From: Octopus vulgaris
Lineage: Eukaryota
NCBI GenBank assembly: GCA_951406725.2
Contig: OX597817.1
Location: forward strand, 106,516,001-106,580,000
Direction of reading: 5' to 3'
DNA: 64,000 nt
The notes under the pieces were generated by a model. It searched no databases and had not been told where the DNA came from. It saw only the letters and a program-made list of their open reading frames with translations. Each line of letters begins with the position of its first letter. Within the stretch, counting starts at the first letter, position 1. The translations under genes were made by a program, and so were the position numbers. Of the stretch, positions 40,161 through 53,470 are shown one piece after another.

Positions 40161-42845
40161 GTAATTTGAGGTTAGCTAAGCCAACAACCTGGTTCCACTC
40201 TTAGTGAATTTGGGTAAAGCGGGAAAATTATATATTCTCTTTGTCTCATTCTTGTTCTTAGTAAGTAAAAAAAAAATGTAATCTAACAACATATTTATAA
40301 TCCTTGTTGACATAAGGAGGATGAGAGATCAACTTTTAAGAGATTGAAATTCTGTTAAATGCTTCATAAAGTATGGCAGTTCTTTTATGTATATTTGGAG
40401 AAAAGCAGTTTGAAATAGTGTATAGAAACAACTTTTACAGAATATAGCAAAATTGCTTAAAGAATATATGAAAACAAAATGCTTATAAATATTGATATTA
40501 AAGTTATACATTTTAAATAACTGTCTAACATAACTCTATTTAAGAAACTTCTATCATGCCTCAACCACTAGCATAATATAGCAATTAACATAATCAGATA
40601 CTTTATTACATGAGTTGAAATTCTTCATTGTTATGAAGGTGAGACTATATATATATATATATATACAGAAATATCACAAATGGGTTAATGTTAACTCTGG
40701 TTTAGAAAACATTAATTTGCAAAATATAGGTCACAATCCTTACTGCCATGTCGATTTCTTTTGAGAAGTGAGATATTTAAGTGTATCAGCTTCAGTTTGT
40801 AGTGACTTTTTAAGGCTTAGAAGTAAGAGAAGGTAAAACTACAACTTTTTACTTACCAGAGATCTAATTCAATTAGAGGTTTGATATCAGGATTCCAATA
40901 ATTTTAGTTCTGTTGGTTGTCATCATAGTCTAGAAATTGAATGTCTCAAGCAACTTCTGGGTTGCAGCTACCATCAGATTTAATAACTTGTTCATTATTA
41001 TACTATGAGAATTGCAAAGGAAAGAAAACCTTTTAATTTCATTTCTAATAATATCCATTGTAAACAATCTCAGATTTAAAGATATGACTGAATATTTCAT
41101 TAATACATTTACAATTTATATTCACTACATGTGAACAAATAAGATTGATACAGTTAAGAGTAACTAGCATAAAATTATAATGCTTATACTATAATTATAT
41201 ATTACTGAATAATAACTAGGTACTACGTCACTTTGGTTCTGCATAATAACCAGCTACCAAACTAATTATGTTCTAATTATGCATTTGAGATATTTTCAGT
41301 CATTATGTTGTTTCAATTCTTACATTCCCACTCTGAGAATAATGTTATAATACATTACTAGATTAGAGCTGTGTTTCTTAAGCTGTATAACAATGGCTTA
41401 ATACAGTTCAAATATGAAATACTGACACACTTCTCATGGAAGGTAAAAAAAATTACTAATGCATTTTGTATGGATAGAAGTTTAAGATTCACAAAAAATA
41501 TAGAAAAGTATTGTTTACCTTATTCTAGTAATCAACTGTGGATTGACAAAATTATGAATAATCCATTTTTCAAGATGTCCAATATTGATGTGGATTTTCT
41601 GAAACGTTAGGTTATATTTTTAAAAATCTGTGACATGCCATTTGTGAGCCACTGGTCTGGAGAGGCAAACTGATGTATGGTACTTAGCTTGAGACTTCAT
41701 AATTAAGTCGTCTAGGCAAGATCAATATATTTATCAATCAACCTACTCTAAGTTTTTCAAAAAACTGGTGATTAAACTGTAAAACTCACAAAACTACATT
41801 TATATTTGTAATTCATGCTTTTAGTGTTAGTGCTGACAAAAAGTATTTAAGTATCAACCAAGTTCTTAGAGTTTGTGAGTATTAAAATGTATAAACCAGT
41901 CTTCCACCACTATAAAATTAACTGGAGAATAAGAATAAACTGATAATAAGGAATAAAACTTGGAAAGAAATTCCAATGAGAAGCTAAAGAATAAGAAGAG
42001 CACAAGTAAACATGTCGTGTACATTGGTAATGTATTTTGAAGACATTGAGTAACCAGACAGTGAATCAGCGATCATAAAGAGTATCAGATGAAATGATTT
42101 AAGGTATTCCAGTTTAAATTACAAAAGTGCTCCCAGTTATAGGATTAAACACCCACAGTTATTGCTAGTTGTCATCTTCAACTGACTGATATAAAAGTCC
42201 CTTATTCAAGAGCATAATGGTCCAAGAAGCAAACTTATGATCCTTGTGATAGTGATACCAACATTCTAACTATTAAGCCATGTGCCTTCGTCCCTCTATA
42301 TGCTGAACAGAAAAGAGAAGTTGAAGGTGTGATGGCTATTACTGTGTTTATGTCACTCCCATTCTGCTATTAAACACTCTTCTTTCACACTATTGATTAT
42401 CAAGTTCAATAAACACTAGTTCGTATATAGTAGGTGCAAGCATGGTTGCATGATAAGAAGTTTGCTTCCCAAACACATGGTGCCAGGTTCAATCCCACTG
42501 TTTGAGTAAGATATCCTATGATGCATTATCTCACAAGCAAGGCTGTTCATTTCCAGTTTTCTAAGAAATGTGGAAATATTACCTTGCTTGCAAACAGAGG
42601 AGGGTTGGTGACAGGAAGGGCATCCAGCCATAGCAAATCTGCCTCAACATTTGACCCATGCAAGCATGGATAAATAGGAGTTAAATGATTGGTGAAAAAT
42701 TTGCTTCCCAACACAACTTCAGGTTCAGCCCTAATGCATGGCACTTTGGGCAAGTGTCTTCTACTATGGCCCTGGGCCAGTAAAGCATCACTTAGTAGAT
42801 TTTGTAGACAGAAACTGAAAGAAGCCCATCGTGTGTATATATACG

Positions 42846-44327
42846 CAGTGTTTTCGGACTAAATTCGACAATTTTTGATGTTTCCTTTTCCAGGAACAGC
42901 TTGATGAATTGGTGAAGAGTCAATAGCATTAGAAAACACTAGGTTGTAGCTGAGTTAAAGTTAGCTGACATTGAGGACTGAAAGTCATCTGAATATTAAA
43001 AAATAGTTAACCTGTATCATGTTGATTTCTACTGGGTGTTGAAATGGTGATGTCATGACTGCTGCTCAGTGCTCTGGGAACACTTTAAAGGCTGTAAGAC
43101 ATGATATGAACTGCTGCAATGGAGATTATGTAGCCATGGCCAGCAGGTGTTCTGACTGTGCCACATGCCAGAATTTATCCAACAACTGCAGGACAAAGTA
43201 ATGGAAGATCCAAGCAAGGAAATCCAGGCTTTGGTGAGAGATGGGGATTGGAGTGGCTACCATGAAACTTCACTACCACTTGTTATATATTTATGCACAA
43301 CTTTCCAGGCTCATGGGCCCGGTTTCTGTGGCGTATGTGTTCCCCCCAGCTGGACAGGATGCCAGTCCATTGCAGCATTACTCAAGAATGAGTGAGAGAA
43401 AGTTGGGGCGAAAGAGTACAACAGGGGTCGCCACCGGAGCCTCGTGGAGCTTTAGGTGTTTTCGCTCAATAAACACACACAACGCCCGGTCTAGGAATCG
43501 AAACCGCGAGTCCACTACCCTAACCACTGGGCCATTGCACCTCCACACTACCACTTGTACAAGAACAAATTCTGACGGCAAAAGAGAACTGCTTAACAAA
43601 GGCAAAGAAGCTCCTGAACAAGCTAAGGCATCTTGTTGAGTCAGGGAAGATCTGATTCTTCTCAGATGGAAAAACTTCTGCCAGGACCTGTTGCACAGCA
43701 CTCAAAATAACTGGTGTCTTGTCTGCAATCCATGTGATGTCCCACATATAGAAAGCAAGTTCCCCCAAACTGATGGTCTTTGGGTGTGTCTCCAGGGAAG
43801 GTGATGTCATACTGCCCCACATCTTTGAACAAGGCCTTAGGCTCAATTTAGTTAGCTATGTGACACTGCTGGAAACTGATCAAATCCTAATTGGAGATGG
43901 TTGCTGATGGAAGGCCATATGTGTATGAAAATAGGGTTCGGCTCCTTACCATACCTCTGGAAAGAGTCTGAAGCTGTTGAGAAATTTCTAGTTCACAAGC
44001 CCCAATTTTGGCCTCCTAATTCCCCTAATTGTAATCCCATGGATTACCATGTGTGAGGCACAGTTGAAAAAAACATCAGCCACTCTACCTGCAATATCGA
44101 GGAGGTATTAAAAAATCTTGGGATTACAGTGAGGAATATATACAACAGGTTCTGGAGCCGTCTTGAGGCTGTGGTGAAAACAGGGCTGCTACTTGGAATT
44201 AACTGTTGTTTCCCAGCCATAATCTAGTTGATATATTTTGATTTTATTAAAATACTTTTATTTTTGATTGAAATATGGTTTATTTTTTATTTCTATTCAA
44301 ACTGTCAAATTTAGCCCAAACACCCTG
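42846..44327 (+). mobile_element. Tc1/mariner-superfamily DNA transposon (DD37D/maT-like), decayed, with nested SINE at about 43300-43552
   Basis: TIRs CAGTGTTTTCGGACTAAATTCGACA and TGTCAAATTTAGCCCAAACACCCTG followed by TA; motifs FSDGKNF, LMVFGCVSREGDVILPHIFEQGLRLN and WPPNSPNCNPMDY. Confidence 0.8.
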
Positions 44328-44564
44328 TATATATGTGTGTGAGTGTGCTTTTGGGTTTTGTCCCTCACCCCTGTTTGACAATCAGTATTGATTTATTTAC
44401 ATCCCTAAGAGATGTAAAGAGAATAAACACCAGGCTTTAAAAATATACAAGACTAGGGTCAATTCAGTCAACTAAACCCTTCAAGAAAGTACCCAGGTAT
44501 AGCCACAGTCCAATGACTAAAGAAGTAAAAGCTATATATATGTATATATATATATATATATATA

Positions 44565-45444
44565 TAGGGTACAGTGAATATATTGTCATCTACATTACGC
44601 AAAAATGAAAATAACACTGACATCTCATTTTAACAGATATATTTACCAAAATTACATAAAAAGATCTCTAAATACTAAAGAGTAAATTTATTCAATAAAA
44701 TCACGATTGGCTTTGACCATGGCCTCCAGATGACATGGGAATCTCCTGCAACTCTTCTGGATGGTCTCTTTGTTTAAGTTGGTGAATGCTGCCATAATCC
44801 TTGCCTTCAGTTCATCTTTGGTGTTACTAGGAGTTTTGTTGGTCCCTTGCTCAACTGTGTCCCACACATAATAATCAAGGAGGCTGCAGTCTAGGGAGTT
44901 AAGATTACCAGATGTTAGAGGTGATGTGGTTGCATAAATTTGTCTGACAGCTATGATTGGGTTCTCCTGCTTGCATGGCATGGTGCAGAGACATGTTGCC
45001 AGACATAGGGTCTTCCAGCAGCCAACCTTTTGACCCAGGGCAGCATGCACTTGATGTAGACGTTCATGTTGAGTCTGAGGCCATATTGGAAGATAAATGT
45101 AGGCATAACGTCACCATCACTAGTGATCACTCCGAACACCATGATGTCAACTGGATGCTTGATATTTATCACTCTCAGTACATGTTTTGGAGACACAGCA
45201 AACCGACGGTTGTTCTGTGTGTTCACCATCTGTTCATATTGGAGCTTCCGGCATGAATGTCAAGCAGTACAGCATGTTGTTTCCAAATTTCTTTGCAGAG
45301 TGAATTGTGTCATGGTGCTGTTTTTCTTACAGGCAATACCCAACTGACTCTACTATACTGTGTAGTCAACAAAATCAAAAACAAACAGTGCACATGAGCG
45401 AAATTAAAATTATGAAATGTTGACAACTTACCCATTGCACACTA
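44565..45444 (-). mobile_element. internally deleted Tc1/mariner (DD37D/maT-like) element
   Basis: Imperfect TIRs embedded in TA runs; minus ORFs KHPVDIMVFGVITSDGDVMPTFIF, LPWVKRLAAGRPYVWQ and LDYYVW...EAMVKANRDFIE. Confidence 0.8.
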
Positions 45445-45700
45445 TATATGTATGTATATATATATATATGTATATGTATGTATATATGTATGTATATCCA
45501 TATATATAGACATACATGGGCTTATATATATGTATATATATATCAATATGTGTATATGTATATATATATGCGTATATATACATGTGTATGTATATATATT
45601 TATATGTGTATATATATATATGTATGTGTGTGTATATATGTATATGTATATATCACTATATATGTATATATATATATACACACGCACACATGTATTATAG
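45445..45700. repeat. (TA/TG)n microsatellite
   Basis: Direct inspection. Confidence 0.9.
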
Positions 45701-46301
45701 CAATTGAAAATAGTTGTTACTCTAAGTTGTTTAGGTCCAACTCATCTATGATCAAGTCAACTTATGACCAAAGACATTCTACTCATCACCAACTTGTCTT
45801 GTGGAAAATCCAAAATCACATTATTCAATGACACCAGTTTTATTTCAGATGGCAGGGTATGAAAGATTTGAAGGAAATTTTTGGCTGCAGTTTCTAGCAG
45901 ATAAAGCAATTACATTAGTAAGATAAGATATAAATAGAATCTTCACAGTTATATAGCAGCTATAACAAACATGTGACAACCACATTGAAAATTTTGTTAT
46001 AACAAGACGATATGTATTGCTTTCTCTATTAAAAACAAACAAATACCTAATGGCATTTTTGTCTATTGAGTGTTGGCATGAGTTGAATGGTTTGACTGGA
46101 AGGCTCCAGTCTGATTTGGCATGGTTTTCTACTGCTTGATGCCCTTCCTAATGCCAACCACTCCAAGAGTGCAATGGATGCTTTTACATGCCACTGGCAC
46201 AGGTGCCATTTGCATGACACCTGTATCTGCCATGACTACTATTTTGCTCAGCTTGATGGGTCTTCTGCTCAAGTACAACATAATGCCAAAGGTCTTGATC
46301 A

Positions 46302-46538
46302 TTGCCTCCATAAGGCCCAACACTAGAAAGGAACTCGGCTATTTTGCCTCCATGGGGCCTAGTGCTCGAAAAGAACTCAGCCACTTGGCTCCATGAAGCC
46401 CAACGCTCGAAAGGAACTCAGCCACTTGCCTCCATGAGGCCTAATGCTCAAAAGGAACTCAGCTACTATGCCAGCATGAGGCCCAATGCTCAAAAGGAAC
46501 TCAGGCATTTTGCCTCCTTGAGGCCCAATATTCAAGGT
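46302..46538 (+). repeat. minisatellite, 41-42-nt unit, about 5.5 copies, inside a retroelement remnant
   Basis: Unit approximately TTGCCTCCATGAGGCCCAATGCTCGAAAGGAACTCAGCCAC. Confidence 0.85.
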
Positions 46539-46852
46539 TTATTTTCTTATGTACCACCAGGTGCACTTGGCTCAATGAGTCCTCTTAAGCAGAGCACATC
46601 ACCAAGGGTCTCGGTCACTAGTCATTGCCTCTGTGAGGTTCAAGATTCGAAGTTCATGCTTCACCACCTCATCCCATGTCTTCCTGGGTCTACCTCTATC
46701 ACAGGTTCCCTCCACAGTTAAAGATCAGCACTTCTTTATGTATATAAATGTATATATATATATATATATATATTTACATGTATATATGTATAAATATATA
46801 TATATATATATATGAGTATGTATGTATAAATATATATATAAATATATGTATA

Positions 46853-47660
46853 TAGGTGCAGGAGTGACTGTGTGGTAAGTAGCTTGCTTACCAACCACAT
46901 GGTTCCGGGATCAGTCCCATTGTGTGGCACCTTGGGCAAGTGTCTTCAACTATAGCCTTGGGCCGACCAAAGCTTTGTGAGTGGATTTGGTAGACGGAAA
47001 CTGAAAGAAGCCTGTTGTATATATGTATATGTATATATATCTATGTGTGTTTGTATGTCTGTATATGTCCCCCTAACATCACTTGACAACCGATGCTAGT
47101 ATGTTTATGTCCCCGTAACTTAGCAGTTCCGCAAAAGAGACCGATAGAATAAGTACTAGGCTTACAAAGAATAAGTCCTGTGGTCAATTTGCTCCACTAA
47201 AGGTGGTGCTCCAGCATGGCCACAGTCAAATGACTGAAACAAGTAAAAGAGAGTATATGTATAAATATATATATAGGCGCAGGAGTGGCTGTGAGGTAAG
47301 TAGCTTGCTTACCAACCACATGGTTCCGGGTTCAGTCCCACTGCGTGGCATCTTGGGCAAGTGTCTTCTGCCATAGCCCCGGGCCGACCAATGCCTTGTG
47401 AGTGGATTTGGTAGACAGAAACTGAAAGAAGCCTGTCGTATATATGTATGTTTGTGTGTCTGTGTTTGTCCTCCTAGCATCGCTTGACAACTGATGCTGG
47501 TGTGTTTACGTCCCCATCACTTAGCGGTTCGGCAAAAGAGACCAATAGAATAAGTACTGGGCTTACAAAGAATAAGTCCCTGGATCGATTTGCTCGACTA
47601 AAGGCAGTGCTCCAGCATGGCCGCAGTCAAATGACTGAAACAAGTAAAAGAGTAAAGGAG
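46853..47660 (+). mobile_element. two head-to-tail full-length SINE copies (about 46853-47252 and 47274-47660)
   Basis: Each begins AGG(T/C)GCAGGAGTG(A/G)CTGTG(T/A)GGTAAGTAGCTTGCTTACCAACCAC and ends GACTGAAACAAGTAAAAGAG; both sit in TA runs. Confidence 0.9.
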
Positions 47661-47884
47661 AGTATATATATATATATGTATAAGTATTTATATATATATA
47701 TATGTAGGGAGAGTTCATGAAAAAAACAAAAGACAAAGACAGGTGGTGTAGAAACAAACAGATGTTAGTATAACACTCAGGAATTGAAAAAGTCTCTTAC
47801 GTTTCGAGCCTACACTCTTCTACAGAAAGGGACACAGAAAAAAACAAGGAGAGAAAAAGAATGTGTGTAGTGGCTACCGATTTA

Positions 47885-49400
47885 TAGGGTGTGTAAGATA
47901 TTTGAGGACAGATTTATGTTCATAAAAAAACAGATATATAATAACAGATAATAACTTTATTTATCAAAAAATGCTATGAGGATAAAAATAAACCTTCTCT
48001 TCTATAATGTTATTCAATAAAATCACCTTCAGCTTCAACAACTGCTTCTATATGAGATCTAAATCATTTACATGCTTGAATCAAGTGGTCCTGGTTCAAT
48101 TTTGACATTACTCTGACTATGGCAGTGTAACAGGATCTGGAATCGGTATCACTGGAGGGGTGTTCGATCCGATCCCGTCACATTCAATTTTAGTTAAATA
48201 TAACAGACGAAGTCAGGTTATCTGGGAAAGACAGCAAATGTTGTTTATTACTCGTGGTGATGTAGATCTGGTGTACGTATTTCTGAGGGGGGCCGACAGC
48301 CGAATCTGTTGTACTGCTTCTTGTTGGTTGGTCGAAGTGATTCGATGTGGTCCACTGCTAAGTCAGTGCGTAGTCCTCAGAGACTGCCAATACACGTCTG
48401 TTCATGAGGGCTGCTAGGGCCAGAGAGGCTGAATGAGTGGACCGTGTTTTAGGGGTCAGTTTCCCGCACATGCGCATGGGGAAGACTTCCGGTGGCCACC
48501 CGGAAGTAGTCCCATTCTGCACATGCGCGCTGAACCTTACACAGCAGCATCACTACAGCAGCTTTCAAAGAATCTTTGGTGTTATGGGCATATTCATTGA
48601 CCTCTCTCTCAACAACACTAATAGCTGAATGGATTGAGATCTGAGGAATTAGGAGGCCAAATGTTAGAAGTAATGTGATCATGAAAATTTTCACCTATCC
48701 ATTCCTCTGTTGCTAGAGCCATGTGCATAGTCTTACTGAAACACATATGGCCTTCCATTGCATACACTGTCTATCTAAGGCGTAACAATTATTTTCAGGA
48801 CCTCAATGTGGGCAGCAGAGTTAACTCTAAGGCCTTGTGGAAAGCAGTAACAAGGCATCACATGTCTTTCATTGCTGACAACCCCTAAAACCAAGACAGT
48901 TGCAGGAAATTTTGTATGCATAACACTTGGAACTTCAGAAGGGCCTGCACATAACAATCTGTTATTTCTTCTGTAAACTTTTTGATCTTGGTCGAAGTTT
49001 TTCTCGTTTGAGAAAAACAAAATCAAATCTTCTTCTGGATTTTTCAGTTTAAGAGCCTTTTAGATCTGATGTAGTGATTTTCTTTTGCTTTTTCTGACAA
49101 ATTGACCTTTCCTCATCATATAAGACTTATATCTGACATCTTCATGGACATTTCTGACTGTTCCTTTTGACACATGGCGATCTTTTTCAATTGACCTCAT
49201 CGACTTTCTGGGACTGTAATCAATGGTCTGTTGAAGCTGTTGTATAAATTCAGGTGTTCTGAAGATTTCAGAGCATTTAGAATGCTTTTTATGCTTTGAT
49301 ATTGGTGATACATTTCCATCTTCAGTCTCTAGCTCCTTACTTACCTTGTAGACAAAAGATCTGGCAACTTTTAAAAACCGAGATATATAACTTGGTGATT
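47885..49400 (-). mobile_element. Tc1/mariner (DD37D/maT-like) transposon interrupted by a solo LTR
   Basis: Minus ORFs RTPEFIQQLQQTIDYSPRKSMRSI, FFSNEKNFDQDQKVYRRNNR, HTKFPATVLVLGVVSNE and HNTKDSLKAA. Confidence 0.8.
48126..48557 (-). mobile_element. solo LTR, 432 nt (probably Ty3/Gypsy)
   Basis: Termini TGTA...TACA; 4-nt TSD GCAG (48122-48125, 48558-48561); excision restores the host transposase DSLKAAIVRVMSKL; minus-strand AATAAA at 48244-48249; GC-rich relative to flanks. Confidence 0.85.
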
Positions 49401-50909
49401 CATCAATAGAGACCAAAAGAATAAGTACTAGGCTTAAGAAATAAATCCTGGGCTCAATTTGTTCGACTAAAACTCTTCAAAGTAGTGCTACATCATGGTC
49501 ACAGTTAAATGACTCAAACAAGTAAAAGAAAAAAAACGCATATATATACATATACATCATCATTATCATCATCGTTTAATGTCCGCTTTCCATGCTAGCA
49601 AGGGTTGAACGATTTGACTGAGGTCTGGCGAACCAGATGGCTGCACCAGACTCCAATTTGAAATGGCAGAGTTTCTACAGCTGGATGCCCTTCCTAACAC
49701 CAACCACTCCAAGAGTATAGTGGGGCCTTTTTTTTATAGTGTTTCATTAGCTGGCATTACTCAATCTTCATCATCATTTAATGTTCCCTTTTACATTCCA
49801 TAACTTAGCAGTTTGCCAAAAGTAACCAATAGAATAAGTACCAGGCTTAAAAAATAATAACAACTACTGGAGTTGATTCGTTCAGCTAAAATTATTCAAG
49901 GTAATGCCCCAGCATGGCATAGTCTTATGACTGAAACAAGTAAAAGATGAAAGATAAAAGATAAAGTTATATTAGAATATGTTGTTGAAAGCAAAATATC
50001 TTAAAAGAAGGCTTCTTCTAAGCTACTGGATCTGCTAGAAATAGCAGCCAAATCCGATAATACAATCTTTAAAAAGGAAAGACACAATGGGCAATGTAGT
50101 CATAGTGGTATAAAAAGACTAGTTGATCATAACTAGAATAACTTTGACCAGGGCTGACCTGGAGCTAAGCAACAACATCCTATTGATTCTGCCAGTTATG
50201 ACTCACATTATCATTCTTAGTCAGTTCATAATTTATGAACTGTTAATGGTTGTCATTATAAAACGAGTTGACATCTGGATTGATTCAAGTTGTTCATCAG
50301 ACAAGAAATCTTTATTTTGATATGAAATTGTGAAATTCTATTCTTATCTCAGAGCTAAATTATTTACATCAAAAACACCTCACATCCAAGTAAAAGTTCT
50401 TATATATTAAAGAATCTATGAGAAAAAACAGGGTGAGGAGTGAATAATATACATTTATACTGGCAAGTTCACGTTTTATAAAATTTCTTCTTTCTGTTTT
50501 GATACTTCATAACATTGTTTCGGTATGGTAAGCGTTTGCTGTTTGGATCAAAGTTAAGATTACATAAAGTACAACAACAACAATGTCGTCATCATCGTTG
50601 TCATCATCCTCATCATTATCATCATCATTATCATCATCATCATCATTATAACGTCCACTTGTCCATGCTTGCAAGAAGTGGTTAGAGTTTATTGAGACAG
50701 ATTTTCTAAAGCGAAATGCCTTTCCTGTTGCAAACTTTCACCTGTTTTCAAGGAAGTTAATGTTTCTCCAAGGCCAGACATGTACTTTTGCTTGCAGAAT
50801 AATGGAAATGAATGACACTGCTTATATGACAGTAACACTAAAGACAAGGAGACACGCACATACATTTATTCATAGACAGACGTACAGACATACAGACACA
50901 CACACACAT

Positions 50910-50949
<40 letters not shown>

Positions 50950-51010
50950 GTCGAGAAAGATAATTAAATAGATAAATAGAAAGATGGATGGATGGATGGG
51001 TGGGTGGGTT
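50910..51010. repeat. (GATA)n/(GATG)n microsatellite
   Basis: Direct inspection. Confidence 0.9.
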
Positions 51011-51539
51011 TCTTTTAGTTTCCATCAACCAAATTCACTCACAAGGTCAGCCTAGGGCTATAGTAGAAGACATTTGTCCAAGATGGCACAGTGGAACTAA
51101 ACCCAGAACCATGCAGATGGGAAGCAAACTTCTTACCATACAACCATACTGGCACTTATCACTTGAACCCACGCCATGACAAGCAGAATGATATTATAAT
51201 GCTTACAGGTGTGGCTGTGTGGATAGGCATAGGCATGGCTGTGTGGTAAGAAGCTCGCTTTCCAACCGAATGATTCGAGGTTCAAGTCTCACTCCCAGTA
51301 TGTGGCACTTTGGGAAAGCGTACTTTATTATAGCCTCAGGCTAACCAAATGGATTTGGTAGACAGGAACTGAAAGAAACCAATCGTACTCTACACTGATA
51401 TATATATATATACTAGCTTAAAAGCTGCCTGATAGCTTGGGTGTATTGTGGTTTATACTCACATGGTGAGTATAAAAGGCATCAGATGTGGTATGCAAGA
51501 GAAAAGACTGCACTGGTATGGTCATGTGATATGTATAAC

Positions 51540-52150
51540 TGCATCCCCCACACAGTAATCCATGGGATTACAATTAGGGGAATTAGGAGACCAGAAATTG
51601 GGGCTGGTGAAGTCAGAGACATTCCCCTACGACCACTTTTGATTCTTTCTTGAGATATGGTAAGGAGCTGAATCACACTGCCACACATTTGACCTTCCAA
51701 CAACCACCCTCTCCAGCCAGGGTTTGACCACAGTCTGCAGTAGAGCAGTCTGAATTGAGCTTAAGGAACTCTTCAATGTGTGGATAAATTCCAGCCAGTG
51801 GATACAGTTAGAATGCCTGCTGTGTCCCTTCCTGCTGGTCACAGCTTTATAGTCTCTATTGCAGCTGTCCATGTCGCATTTTACAGCCTTTACAGTGTTC
51901 ATAGAGCATTGATCAGCAGTCATGTCAGCATTTTGATATGTGGCAAAAATCATTATGGTACGGGTAACGTTCTCCAATGTTGAGATGGCTTCCAGTTCTT
52001 CATATCGGCTAACTTTTTCTTAACTACAGTTTTAACCTTTATTCTCTCCAAGACCATTGACCGTTCACCAATACGTCAAGCTATTCCTGAAAAAGGAGAC
52101 ATAAAAATGATCAAATTTAGTCATAAATTCCTATTTTAATATGAACAACA
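51540..52150 (-). mobile_element. Tc1/mariner (DD37D/maT-like) remnant
   Basis: Minus ORF VVKPWLERVVVGRSNVWQCDSAPYHISRKNQKW; same family as 42846-44327. Confidence 0.7.
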
Positions 52151-53329
52151 TTTTTATACATGTACCTTTTATTTCAAACCTTCTGGTAAAGAACTAAGAA
52201 AAAATATAATTTCTGACAATACATTTACATGATGCAACAGTCAGTGCTACTAAGCTTGAGCAAAAGCAACACTTTGGTCTCTACTGGCATTGGATTAGGA
52301 TTATTTCTTGTATTTGCAATACCTCAAATCGATAAGTGTTTCTACAGATTGATAATCAAATGTAATGAAGTGCAGATACATTACCAGAAAGCTAGGCAAT
52401 GTCTTTCTATTCTCACTCCCCAAAGTATTGTCCCAACCAGCTTTCTTATACACTTTAATTAGATAAAATGCATACATACACTCGAATGCATGCATATACA
52501 CACAGATGCATGCATACATGTATATATGCATACGCACATACACATGCATGCACACATACACATGCATGCACACATACACATGGATGCACACACACATGCA
52601 CACACACACACACACACACACACACAACTTCTTCCATTGAACAGCTTTCTCCCGTGTAAGCTGAATTCCTGTTTAGCAAATTAAAAACTCGACTGACTCA
52701 GTACATCTAACATGGCTTCTACAAACAAATACCACATTTTCTCAACAGATACATATTCAAATTAGAGCTAATGATATAATCAGAATTGATCCCATCAAGT
52801 ATAGGAACACAAGAAATGGCTCTGAAACGTCTTCTTTAACTTAATTATTAAAAAAGAAAAAGAAACAGCTCTGTTATTCTCTCCTGTTTTCCCAAGATGT
52901 GAGTGATGACAAAGAAAAAAGAAAAAATGTTACATGCAAACGTTATTAAGCAGCATTTAAAGAAGCAGCAATGAAATGGTGGAACAGACTGGCATCTTGT
53001 GCATATTTTGATTATCAGTTATAAAAATATAACACAAATATCATTTAGTATGTGGAGAAAGCAGTTTAACACAATGATATTTCATATGAACAATTGCCAA
53101 CTTAGAGTTGGTATTTGTTACAATAAAGTTCAAAACAAAGATTCTTAGAGTATTGTGAAAAGAGAGTTCAAATTTAAGAGACATGAGACAGTCTGTAACA
53201 AGAACTCAAATGTGAATGATAAATATATGTGAAAAAAGAAGGGAAAAAACAGGAAAACCTGGCTGGAATGAAAGCCAATGAATAATCAAAACGAATTAAA
53301 AACAATAAATACATACACATATGCACATA

Positions 53330-53365
53330 CGTGCGTGTGTGTGTGTGTGTATGTGCATGCAATGA

Positions 53366-53416
<51 letters not shown>

Positions 53417-53432
53417 ATATATGATATATATA

Positions 53433-53470
<38 letters not shown>
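53330..53470. repeat. (TG)n/(TA)n microsatellite
   Basis: Direct inspection. Confidence 0.9.

Noticed and set aside
38860-42100. Exon-like, TE-poor segments on both strands downstream of tropomyosin
   Set aside because: No consistent open frame between splice sites and no recognisable protein; a lncRNA or pseudogene cannot be excluded.
46302-46538. Regularly spaced 41-42-nt repeats superficially like a CRISPR array
   Set aside because: No unique spacers, eukaryotic context and no cas genes; a simple minisatellite.
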